From Chloroflexia bacterium (GTDB lineage Bacteria; Chloroflexota; Chloroflexia; QHBQ01; JADMIH01), in assembly GCA_038203825.1 (NCBI GenBank), contig JBBRDO010000002.1, positions 34,617 to 98,616 on the forward strand: DNA of 64,000 nt, given 5' to 3'. A model generated the notes under the pieces. That model searched no databases, was not told where the DNA came from, and worked only from the letters and a program-made list of their open reading frames with translations. Both the position numbers and the translations under genes were made by a program. Shown piece after piece: positions 27,900-36,772 of the stretch; position 1 is the first letter of the stretch, and every line of letters begins with the position of its first letter.

Positions 27900-28607
27900 A
27901 TGATCCTATCAATCGATACAAGCACAGATGTTACCAGCATCGCCATCTACCGGCCCTCGTGGGGCGTCCAGTACGAGCAGTCGTGGGAGACCGGCCGTGA
28001 GCAAACCACGCAATTGCTGCCTAACGTCCAGCGCGCCATGTCGCTCATTCACATGACCGTCCGCGAACTGACCGGCATCGCCGTTGCCACCGGGCCCGGG
28101 TCCTATAGCGGCGTCCGCATCGGCCTTAGCACAGCCAAGACCCTTGCCTATTCGCTTGACTTGCCCCTTTGGGGAGTGCCCAGTCTCGATGCCCTCGCCT
28201 ACTCACAGGTAGCGGTTACAGCCGCCCAGGTCTGCGCCGTGCTCAGCATGGGCAGGCACAGGCTCGCCTGGGCGCTCTACCGTACAAAGGGCACGCAGTG
28301 GCAGAGATTGACACCATACGCCAACACCACAGCCGAAGAGATGGCGCAAGCCACGCAAAATGACGGGAAAGGACTTGCTACCCTCTTCTGCGGCGAAATC
28401 ACAGCCAGAACGGCCGAAGTCCTGACCGCCGTGCTCGGCAACACAGCCGCCATAGCCCCTGCTGCCGCGGGCCTTCGGCGCGCTTCCTATCTGGCCGAGC
28501 TCGCTCTTCAACGAGCCAATAGAGGCGAATCCGACGACCCGGCCACGCTCCAGGCAATCTACCTTCAACCTTCCGCAAGCCCCCAGCACGCCGAAGCCCA
28601 GGTCTGA
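27900..28607 (+). CDS. tsaB: tRNA threonylcarbamoyladenosine biosynthesis protein TsaB
   Basis: ILSIDTS, GPGSYSGVRIG; position between tsaE and rimI. Confidence 0.94.
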   Translation: MILSIDTSTDVTSIAIYRPSWGVQYEQSWETGREQTTQLLPNVQRAMSLIHMTVRELTGIAVATGPGSYSGVRIGLSTAKTLAYSLDLPLWGVPSLDALAYSQVAVTAAQVCAVLSMGRHRLAWALYRTKGTQWQRLTPYANTTAEEMAQATQNDGKGLATLFCGEITARTAEVLTAVLGNTAAIAPAAAGLRRASYLAELALQRANRGESDDPATLQAIYLQPSASPQHAEAQV

Positions 28608-28635
28608 TGCTCAGCAAGAGAACACACAATATAAC

Positions 28636-29418
28636 ATGCCCTACATACTCCAAAACATGACAGCCGAAGACATACCGCACGTCGCCGCGATCGAGCGCTT
28701 GTGCTTCACTATGCCCTGGCCTACGTCTGCTTACCGGCGCGAAATTAAAACGCCCGAAACTAACCGTTACATCGTTGTGCGCTGGCTCTCGCCTCAACTC
28801 GCGTCGCGGCAGGGCCTGAACGAGCCTACTGAGGCCACCCTCACAAGCCTTGAGCATCCCGAGTTGCTAGCCCTGCACCGGTACATTCCTAAAGTCCCGA
28901 AGGACGAGGAAACGGGCCTGCTCACCCGCTGGGCGGCTTTACTTCCCTGGGTCCGCGACAATGGCAATGGCAGGAATGGCAAAGGCGGGGCCGACGCCGG
29001 CGACTATGCCATAGCTGGCTATGCCGGGCTCTGGCTGATGGTGGACGAAGCCCACGTTACGACCATCGGAGTTCACCCCGCTCACCGCGGGCACGGCGCA
29101 GGCGAGTTGCTCTTCATCGGTCTCGCCGACATCGCCGAGCAAATGCGCGCCCATCGCGTCACCCTTGAAGTGCGGGTTTCCAACCTGTCCGCCCAGGCTC
29201 TCTACCGTAAATATGGCCTCGAAATCGCCGGTGTCAGGAAGCGCTATTACAGCGACAATGGGGAAGATGCCTATATAATGTGGAGCGAAGCCTTGAGTTC
29301 GCCTGAGTACCATGCGCGTATCGCTGCCCTCCGCAAACAGCTAGCTGACCGCATGAAGGAAGACTTCCGCGTCCAGACCCCAGCAGCACATGAAGTCGAC
29401 CCTACTAGACTGCAGTAA
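28636..29418 (+). CDS. rimI: Ribosomal protein S18 N-acetyltransferase RimI (with insertion)
   Basis: IERLCFTMPW, DEAHVTTIGV, TLEVRVSN, RKRYYSDNGEDAYIM; gene context. Confidence 0.9.
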   Translation: MPYILQNMTAEDIPHVAAIERLCFTMPWPTSAYRREIKTPETNRYIVVRWLSPQLASRQGLNEPTEATLTSLEHPELLALHRYIPKVPKDEETGLLTRWAALLPWVRDNGNGRNGKGGADAGDYAIAGYAGLWLMVDEAHVTTIGVHPAHRGHGAGELLFIGLADIAEQMRAHRVTLEVRVSNLSAQALYRKYGLEIAGVRKRYYSDNGEDAYIMWSEALSSPEYHARIAALRKQLADRMKEDFRVQTPAAHEVDPTRLQ

Positions 29419-29428
29419 GACCAACAAT

Positions 29429-30724
29429 ATGAACATCCTGGCAATAGAAACCTCCTGCGACGAAACCTCCATCTCCATTGTGCGCGACGGCCGGCACATC
29501 GTCACGAACGTAATCGCCTCCCAGATAGACCTCCACCAGAGATACGGTGGCGTCGTGCCCGAGCTGGCTTCGCGCCAGCACATTGTGACTATCATCCCCG
29601 TCCTCGCAGAAGCCCTGAATCGGGCAGGCATGACCTGGGTAAACCTCGACGCTATCGCCGTAACGCGCGGCCCCGGCCTCTCCCCTGCTCTCCTCGTCGG
29701 CGTCAACGCGGCAAAGGCAATAGCCTTCGCACGCAGCAAACCGCTCGTAGTCGTCAACCACATTGAAGGCCACGTCTACTCCAATTGGCTCATCCCCGAG
29801 AACCTCACACCGGACGATCCAATCGCGCCTGAGCCCCGCTTTCCTGCCCTTTGTCTCGTCGTATCAGGCGGCCACACCGAGCTTATCCTGATGACGGGCC
29901 ACGGCCAGTATCGCCTCCTCGGCAAAACGATCGACGACGCCGCCGGCGAAGCCTTCGACAAGGCCGCCCGCATCCTCGGCCTCGGCTATCCCGGCGGTCC
30001 CGCAATTCAGCGCGCAGCAGCGGGGGGCGACCCCAATCGCTTCCAGTTCCCACGCGCCTGGCTGAAGGGCACCAATGACTTCTCGTTCAGCGGTCTGAAG
30101 ACTGCCCTCCTGCGCAAAGTCCAGAGCTTCGGTTTCGAAACAACCAAACCCGCCCCCTGGCAGACCACACAAATACCAGAGCACCACGCATCCCCCTCGA
30201 ATCAGCCTGCAGACATCGTTGAGCGCACTGTGGCAAAGCTACCGCTGGCGACAGTCCACCTGGTTTACCTCAGCACCTTTTCCGCCGGCGAAAACGCGGT
30301 CAATGTCCCCGAAACCTCCCCTTCGATCCCCAGCCCTCCCCCCGTCAAGCCCGCCCATGTAGTCATACCATCCGTCGAACACGACCACGACGAATCAGCC
30401 TCAACAAGCACAAGAGAACCGCTACCCATTGCTGATCTCGCCGCCTCCTTCCAGGAAGCCGTGGTCGATACTCTTGTGCAGAAAACCGTGGCGGCTGCCG
30501 CCGAATTTGGCGCACGCGAAGTGCTCGTAGCCGGTGGCGTCGCTGCCAACGCTCTACTTCGTGAACGCCTCGGCGAGCGCCTGCGCATTCCTTATCGCTA
30601 TCCCCCTCTTGTCCTCTGCACCGACAATGCAGCTATGATCGCGGCCGCAGCCTACTTCCGCTACGCCGAATCGGTGCAGTACGATTTCGCGTTCGACATC
30701 GAACCCAACGCAAGGTTTGTCTAG
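29429..30724 (+). CDS. tsaD: tRNA N6-adenosine threonylcarbamoyltransferase TsaD
   Basis: ILAIETSCDET, GGVVPELASRQH, NHIEGH, VSGGHT, DDAAGEAFDK, CTDNAAMI. Confidence 0.97.
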   Translation: MNILAIETSCDETSISIVRDGRHIVTNVIASQIDLHQRYGGVVPELASRQHIVTIIPVLAEALNRAGMTWVNLDAIAVTRGPGLSPALLVGVNAAKAIAFARSKPLVVVNHIEGHVYSNWLIPENLTPDDPIAPEPRFPALCLVVSGGHTELILMTGHGQYRLLGKTIDDAAGEAFDKAARILGLGYPGGPAIQRAAAGGDPNRFQFPRAWLKGTNDFSFSGLKTALLRKVQSFGFETTKPAPWQTTQIPEHHASPSNQPADIVERTVAKLPLATVHLVYLSTFSAGENAVNVPETSPSIPSPPPVKPAHVVIPSVEHDHDESASTSTREPLPIADLAASFQEAVVDTLVQKTVAAAAEFGAREVLVAGGVAANALLRERLGERLRIPYRYPPLVLCTDNAAMIAAAAYFRYAESVQYDFAFDIEPNARFV

Positions 30725-30775
30725 CAGTTCCGTACTGAAGTGCTCTCCGCATAGCTCCCACTTGCCCTCCACCAG

Positions 30776-31636
30776 ATGACAGCCTTTGCCCTCTTACTGG
30801 TTCTTCTCTCGGCTGTCCTTCATGCCACGTGGAATTTGGCCGCCAAGCGGGCGAGTGGCGGGCTGGCCTTCGCGCTGCTCCTCAACTTGGTGGCCGTTGT
30901 CCTGCTCGCCCCTGTCGTAGTCACTTTCCTGCTACTCGACAGACCACACATAGGCCTTGCCGAGTTAGGGATGATGCTCGGCAGCGCTGTCTTCCAGTCT
31001 GCCTACTTCATTATGCTGTTTCGCGGCTACCGCCTGGGCGACCTCTCGCTCGTTTACCCGTTGGCCCGCGGTACCGGACCCCTCGTCGCCACTATCGGCG
31101 CGATAATACTTCTCGGCGAACGACCCAGCATACTCGCCCTTGCGGGTGCCATCCTGATATCTCTTGGAGCCCTATTCCTCACCGGAGGACCCGCCATGCT
31201 CCGCAGCAGAAATGCCGGCGCGGCTGCCCTCTACGGTCTCGCTACCGGTGTCCTCATCGGCGCTTACACCCTCTGGGACAAGCAGGCCGTCTCAGTCTTT
31301 ATGATCGCGCCTCTGCTCCAATACTACGGCGCAGCGGTCGCCTGTTGCCTTCTCCTGCTGCCCTTCGTCCGAGGTCGCGAAGCCGACGTTAAGCGAGAAT
31401 GGCGGGAGCATAAGCCTGCTCTCGCCATTGTGGGCATACTGAGCCCCATCTCTTACATACTGGTCTTGACCGCCCTCACAATTAGCCCCGTCAGCTACGT
31501 CGCGCCCACTCGCGAAATAAGCATCCTGCTGGGAGCCGTGTTAGGCACTCGCTTGCTTGCCGAAAGTGACGCCGAACGCAAACTGGTCGCGAGCGGAGCA
31601 ATGATGCTGGGCGTGATAGCTCTGGCTTTGGGGTAA
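30776..31636 (+). CDS. DMT/EamA family transporter
   Basis: SAVLHATWN, GDLSLVYPLARG, YTLWDK, SYVAPTRE; about 10 TM helices. Confidence 0.9.
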   Translation: MTAFALLLVLLSAVLHATWNLAAKRASGGLAFALLLNLVAVVLLAPVVVTFLLLDRPHIGLAELGMMLGSAVFQSAYFIMLFRGYRLGDLSLVYPLARGTGPLVATIGAIILLGERPSILALAGAILISLGALFLTGGPAMLRSRNAGAAALYGLATGVLIGAYTLWDKQAVSVFMIAPLLQYYGAAVACCLLLLPFVRGREADVKREWREHKPALAIVGILSPISYILVLTALTISPVSYVAPTREISILLGAVLGTRLLAESDAERKLVASGAMMLGVIALALG

Positions 31637-31660
31637 CCAAACCTATTTTTTTCGCGTGCG

Positions 31661-33211
31661 CTAGTGCTTGATGAGCGTATTACAGGTCATGTCCGGCACC
31701 GCATCTATTTCCATGATGTCCAGCACCGTTAGGCTGATATCGCACAGCCTCCCGCCTTCGCGCAGGGTCGCATGACGCAACGGGCTATCCTCAGGCGCGA
31801 CCAGTATGAACGGCACGGGGTTGAGCGTGTGATATGTATGTGGCTCTCCCGTGGCCGGATCAACCATTAGGTCGGCGTTACCGTGGTCCGCCGTAATCAA
31901 CAAGGCGCCTCCAACCTCCTGCACCACCTTATACACTTCACCAACGCACTGATCCACCACCTCGCAAGCCTTAATCGTCGCCTCGAGGTTACCACTATGG
32001 GCCACCATATCGCCGTTCGCGAAGTTGGCAACTATGAAATCGTAATCTTCCGAAGCAATGCGCTTTGTTAGTTCCTCTGCTATCGCATATGCACTCATCT
32101 CAGGCTGCAAATCGTAAGTAGCCACCTTTACTGAAGGCACCAGTATTCGCTCCTCGCCCGGGAAAGGCTCTTCGGTGCGCCCGTTGAAGAAGAAAGTAAC
32201 GTGCGCATACTTCTCGGTCTCGGCAATGTGAAATTGCCGCAGGTGGCGGTCGCTCAGCACCCGCGCCAGCGGCACGCGTACCTCCATGGCCTGGTACGCG
32301 ACATGCACGTTCAAGTCAGCAGCGTACCTCGTAAGCGTGACAAAGAACAGGTCCTGTAGCGCGGCGCCTCTGTCGAAGTGGGTAAAAGGCTCATCTGTTA
32401 TCGCCCGCGTCAGCTCGCGGCCCCGGTCGCTCCTGAAGTTGAAGTAAATAACCGCATCACCACGCTTGATCGTGGCGGGCTCCTCGCCCTCAGACACAAC
32501 CAATGAAGGCACTATGAACTCGTCCGTCACCCCGTTTGCATATGAAGCCTTGAACACCTCTAGCGGGTCGCTTTGGCGCGCTCCAATACCATGCACTACC
32601 GCATCATACGCCTTCTGAACGCGCTCCCATCTGTTATCCCTGTCCATGGCATAATAGCGTCCGGATATGGTGCCAACCCGGCCCACTCCGACCTCCGCCA
32701 TCTTGTCGAGCACAGTCGCCATGAAGCCAACGCCGCTATTAGGAGGTGTATCTCTGCCATCGGTAAAAGCGTGATATACAACCTTCTTGATGCCCTTGCG
32801 TTTGGCCAGTTCCAGCAGAGCGAACAGGTGCGCCCAGTGGCTATGGACGCCGCCCGGCCCCAGCAACCCCAGTAAGTGCAACGTGGAGTCATTCTTGATA
32901 ACGTGGTCGCACGCGCCGACGAGTTCCGGGTTCTCGTAGAATGTTCCGTCTTCGATCGCCGTATCCAGGCGCGTTAGCTCCTGGTAAACAACGAAGCCTG
33001 CGCCCATATTCTGGTGGCCCACCTCCGAGTTGCCCATCTGGCCGTATGGAAGCCCCACCGCGTGCTCGGAAGCGTTCAGCGCAGTGTGCGGGTACTTCTC
33101 CCACAACCGGTCCATGTTCGGCGTATCGGCCAGCGCGATCGCGTTATTCTCCCGGTTGGGGTTCAGTCCCCAGCCGTCCAGGATCACCAGCACCACAGGT
33201 CGCAGGCTCAT
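31661..33211 (-). CDS. gpmI: 2,3-bisphosphoglycerate-independent phosphoglycerate mutase
   Basis: ILDGWG, GQMGNSEVGH, GRYYAMDRD, AETEKYAHVTFF, ITADHGN. Confidence 0.97.
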   Translation of the reverse strand: MSLRPVVLVILDGWGLNPNRENNAIALADTPNMDRLWEKYPHTALNASEHAVGLPYGQMGNSEVGHQNMGAGFVVYQELTRLDTAIEDGTFYENPELVGACDHVIKNDSTLHLLGLLGPGGVHSHWAHLFALLELAKRKGIKKVVYHAFTDGRDTPPNSGVGFMATVLDKMAEVGVGRVGTISGRYYAMDRDNRWERVQKAYDAVVHGIGARQSDPLEVFKASYANGVTDEFIVPSLVVSEGEEPATIKRGDAVIYFNFRSDRGRELTRAITDEPFTHFDRGAALQDLFFVTLTRYAADLNVHVAYQAMEVRVPLARVLSDRHLRQFHIAETEKYAHVTFFFNGRTEEPFPGEERILVPSVKVATYDLQPEMSAYAIAEELTKRIASEDYDFIVANFANGDMVAHSGNLEATIKACEVVDQCVGEVYKVVQEVGGALLITADHGNADLMVDPATGEPHTYHTLNPVPFILVAPEDSPLRHATLREGGRLCDISLTVLDIMEIDAVPDMTCNTLIKH

Positions 33212-33254
33212 AGGCTCAACGATCGACACCTGATGCAACAATGCGCATCAGTCG

Positions 33255-33689
33255 TCAATCCCTCCAACTTTTCTCGGTTTTATACTCGGGTAGGTAGAAC
33301 TTGCAGGCGTCGCACAGCGTCACTTCTGCCTGGCGTCGGTACACGCCCTTCCGCGTACGGTAACGGAAACTGTACTTATACCTGCTGATATGCGTCGGGC
33401 AGTATGAAAGGCCGCAGCGCTCACACCGGGCGTACATTTCGTTAGCACACTCGTACCAGCCGCAAAGGTTTTCCTCGATATTCTTGCGTTGAGCTTCTTC
33501 TCGGCGCTCAACCTCTGCCAGCTGAGCGGCATCAGCCAGCATTTTCTGCTTGTACTCGGAGCGGCAAAGCCTGCATACCGACGCTTCAACGTCTCCATGC
33601 GCCGCACAAAAATGACGGCCACAGATTATGCACTGGGCCACCGGTGTTCTGAAGCATACAGTTATAGGACACTCACATCGTAATGCCAT
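33255..33689 (-). CDS. Cys/His-rich double zinc-finger (B-box/AN1-like) protein
   Basis: Two CxxC...CxxH...CxxC clusters joined by a charged helix; AAGGTGG RBS. Confidence 0.7.
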   Translation of the reverse strand: MALRCECPITVCFRTPVAQCIICGRHFCAAHGDVEASVCRLCRSEYKQKMLADAAQLAEVERREEAQRKNIEENLCGWYECANEMYARCERCGLSYCPTHISRYKYSFRYRTRKGVYRRQAEVTLCDACKFYLPEYKTEKSWRD

Positions 33690-33901
33690 GGTCCACCTTA
33701 TGGGTAAGAGAAATCCAACTTAATGGCGCAGATCGTCACATCTAACGCAGGGATTTACAGCGTCATGCGCGACATAGATACGCTCCCAAGAGAATATTAT
33801 CGCACAACAATTACGCTCAGTGCAAGTTTCAGACCGCGGCTCAGCCAACCACCGACCAAGCAGTCACGTATCACGTATCACGTCTGGCCACCGGCCTCGC
33901 C

Positions 33902-34522
33902 CTACCTGGCCCCCGCCTCGATCCCGTTCTTCCGGGCCACCCGGTTTGGGCCCACTGTTGGCAGGTCATAGTCGCGATAAAGCTTCGGCAGCATATCCTG
34001 CGGCGACCAGTCTTTCCACGAGCCGTACTTACCCGTGTACTCGCGCATGGTCTCGCCCACTTCCTCGAACAGTATCTGCGCCACCCGCAGTCCGACGGGC
34101 AAGATCGCCATGGCGTGGCTGTGGTTGGAGATCTCCATAGTCCACTTGGAGATATAGCCCACGTCGCCCACCCCCGCGCACTTGCACACCGACAGGCACG
34201 ACCGCCCTATGCTCGAGCGTGAGCGCATTGACGTTGTGAAGCCGTTGCACCCGCCCACGACTTCCTCCGTATGGGCAAGTATCGTGTCGCCCGGCCTGAT
34301 CTTGATCAGGCCGTCCTCCGCGTAGTACGGCCCCAGCCAGAACGACTTCGCGTCGTCCTCGTCGGTGAAATTGACAGTCACCATATTGTGGTTCGGCGTG
34401 TAATAGTACGGGCCTAGCCGTACGTCGTACGAGTTGGTACCAAGTTGGCGGGGCTCAAACGGCTCAATAACTATATTCCCATCTGCCATTGCCTGCATGA
34501 TGCGTTTGTCCGAAAGCAACAT
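33902..34522 (-). CDS. dcd: dCTP deaminase
   Basis: MLLSDKRI, NSYDVRLG, SRSSIGR, GDVGY, TMEISN, AQILF. Confidence 0.9.
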   Translation of the reverse strand: MLLSDKRIMQAMADGNIVIEPFEPRQLGTNSYDVRLGPYYYTPNHNMVTVNFTDEDDAKSFWLGPYYAEDGLIKIRPGDTILAHTEEVVGGCNGFTTSMRSRSSIGRSCLSVCKCAGVGDVGYISKWTMEISNHSHAMAILPVGLRVAQILFEEVGETMREYTGKYGSWKDWSPQDMLPKLYRDYDLPTVGPNRVARKNGIEAGAR

Positions 34523-34589
34523 TCCACTCTCCTATTCGGGATTGCGGCTCGATGCTTGCTCTCCACGCGACCCCGCACCGAAATCGCAA

Positions 34590-35825
34590 TCAATCAGTTC
34601 TATACGCCCAATCGCCCGACATGGCCTCCTGCACAACTCTGTTGTAAACATCAACGGTCATGCCTGCGATACGATGCCAATTATATTGCTCTCGCACTAC
34701 GCGATCCGCGTTTTGCACTCTTGCACGCGACCATTGCGGGTTCTGGAGGGTATACAGTATGCCCCAGGCCAACGATTGCGGGTCATTCGGATAGACCTTG
34801 ATGCCCGTTTCGTGCATCTCGACCACCTCAGACAGCCCCCCTACGTCACTGACAACCACTGGGCAGTCCGCCGCCATCGCTTCCAATGCAACTATGCCAA
34901 ACGGCTCATATAGGCTTGGGAAGACCGCACAATCGGCCACAATAAACAGGCCATCCCGCACCTCATCCGGGATTCTCCCCGGAAAGTTTACGTTGCCCGC
35001 TACCCCCAGCCGCTCAGCCTGCGCCCTGAGGTCATTCACATATCCGCCGCCGCCCGCTATCACAAACCTCACGCCGGACCACTCGCGTAGCACGTGCGGA
35101 ACGGCGTCCACCAGCACCGACAACCCCTTCTCGGGAACCATGCGTCCTACATAGTAAACAACCGGCTGATCGGGTTGCGCAAAAGCCAACCTGAACGCCG
35201 ACAGATCATGTCCCTTGAGCCCGTCGAACGGCCGCGGGTCCACGCCATTCGGAATCACATCCACCTTGGATTGCGGTGTGCCGAAATATGTTTCGACTTC
35301 CCAGGCCATGTACTGGCTGCAAGCAATCACCCGCCATGCCTCGTACGTTAGCCACCATTCAGCCTGGTGAATTGACCTCTGCATGTCGCCGTATAGGTGC
35401 CCCCTATTCCTGCCCATCTCCGTAGCGTGGATCGTCGCCAGCAGGGGCAAACGGTGCTCGCGCTTCAGGGCGATTGCCGCGAACCCGCTCAACCAGTCAT
35501 GGTCGTGGATCAAATCAAACCCACCCGCGTGCTTTATCAACTGGTGGCAAAACTCGGTCACGAGAATGTTGTCGTGCCAGGTGTTGGCGAAGAAATCGCT
35601 CTGCATTCCCGAGGCATCCACCCGGTAGACCCGGCTGCCGTTCGTAGCTGGTGACCCATCCGGCAGGAGCAGCGGCTCGGTATGCGCACCCCCGCCCAGG
35701 TTCGGTACAACGAGGTGGACCTCAACTCCCGCGGCCACCAGCTCGGGTACGATTTCCACCACGTGCTTGCCAAGCCCGCCCACAATATGCGGAGTGAACT
35801 CCCACGACAGCATCAGAACCTTCAT
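34590..35825 (-). CDS. Glycosyltransferase family 4 (glucan/glycogen synthase-like)
   Basis: SWEFTPHIVGGL, HDHDWL, TIHATEMGR, PSLYEPFGIVALEAMA. Confidence 0.92.
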   Translation of the reverse strand: MKVLMLSWEFTPHIVGGLGKHVVEIVPELVAAGVEVHLVVPNLGGGAHTEPLLLPDGSPATNGSRVYRVDASGMQSDFFANTWHDNILVTEFCHQLIKHAGGFDLIHDHDWLSGFAAIALKREHRLPLLATIHATEMGRNRGHLYGDMQRSIHQAEWWLTYEAWRVIACSQYMAWEVETYFGTPQSKVDVIPNGVDPRPFDGLKGHDLSAFRLAFAQPDQPVVYYVGRMVPEKGLSVLVDAVPHVLREWSGVRFVIAGGGGYVNDLRAQAERLGVAGNVNFPGRIPDEVRDGLFIVADCAVFPSLYEPFGIVALEAMAADCPVVVSDVGGLSEVVEMHETGIKVYPNDPQSLAWGILYTLQNPQWSRARVQNADRVVREQYNWHRIAGMTVDVYNRVVQEAMSGDWAYRTD

Positions 35826-35854
35826 GCGCCCTCCTTAGCAGACGAGTAGCAGTG

Positions 35855-36751
35855 TTAGTTAGTTGGTTCGCGAAGCGCGCGCCCGTAAATTGCCATCGGG
35901 TCTCGGCCCAGTTGAAAACCAAAGCGTTTGTACAGCCGGTGCGACTGTGTGTTGTTCTCTTGCGTTGAGAGTGCCACGCTGCGCGCCCCCTTCTTTACCA
36001 TCTGACCCAGAGCAAACGCGAGTTGCGACGCGCCGTATCCGCGCCCCTGTGCCTCATGAACCACGGCGAGCCTGTCCAAATGCGCCCAGCCATTATACAT
36101 GGTGAACGACGCGTATCCTACCGGCTTACCTCCCAGTTTCGCGAGATATGCCGACACCTCCGGCATCGACAAATAGGTGCCCATCTCATCGCGGCTGTTC
36201 CACCAGAGCCAGGGGAACGAGTTGTGATCCACCTCCAGCAGCGGCTCGATATCCGCCACCTTTGCCAGCTCGAATTCTAATAGAGGGAACTCTTGCTCCA
36301 AAGCAAACGCCCACCAATCAAACCGTGAAGGCAAGTTGCGCTCGAAGAAGACTATCTTCTCGACCAGGCCAAATCCTAACTGCTCGAACAGGCGCACGTC
36401 ATCGCGCCACACTTCCTGAACCACCAGTGCCACCGCCACTTCCCCATCACTCGCCACTCGCGCGATCCACTCGCCGACGAGCGCTCGCTTATGGTGCCGT
36501 GCCGCGACTTCGACAATGTTCGCGATATCGTCCCGCCCGCGCCACCTTTCCCCCAGCAAATACTCGTTGGTGCCGGCTACCCGCAGCGACTTGCCCGGGT
36601 TCTCGCTCACGAACATCGCCAGGTTCTCGTGGTTAAACTTGCTCAGCCAGGGCAAGCGCAGGTCTCGCACGGTCTGCACCGTGAGAGGCACTATCTCGGC
36701 GTGAGGCTCTCGAAGCGCGGATTGTGGGTTGGCAAGCTCATCTGTGCCCAT
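35855..36751 (-). CDS. GNAT family N-acetyltransferase
   Basis: AHLDRLAV...QGRGYG and STQENNTQSHRLYKRFGF acetyl-CoA motifs. Confidence 0.88.
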   Translation of the reverse strand: MGTDELANPQSALREPHAEIVPLTVQTVRDLRLPWLSKFNHENLAMFVSENPGKSLRVAGTNEYLLGERWRGRDDIANIVEVAARHHKRALVGEWIARVASDGEVAVALVVQEVWRDDVRLFEQLGFGLVEKIVFFERNLPSRFDWWAFALEQEFPLLEFELAKVADIEPLLEVDHNSFPWLWWNSRDEMGTYLSMPEVSAYLAKLGGKPVGYASFTMYNGWAHLDRLAVVHEAQGRGYGASQLAFALGQMVKKGARSVALSTQENNTQSHRLYKRFGFQLGRDPMAIYGRALREPTN

Positions 36752-36772
36752 ATTTCGACTTCTGCTCGGGTC

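Noticed and set aside
30120-30430. Intein in tsaD
   Set aside because: No N-terminal Cys/Ser block or C-terminal His-Asn; the sequence is low complexity.
33902-34522. Anti-phage dCTP deaminase
   Set aside because: It has the housekeeping trimeric dUTPase-like Dcd motifs, not the kinase plus Zn-deaminase architecture of defence enzymes.
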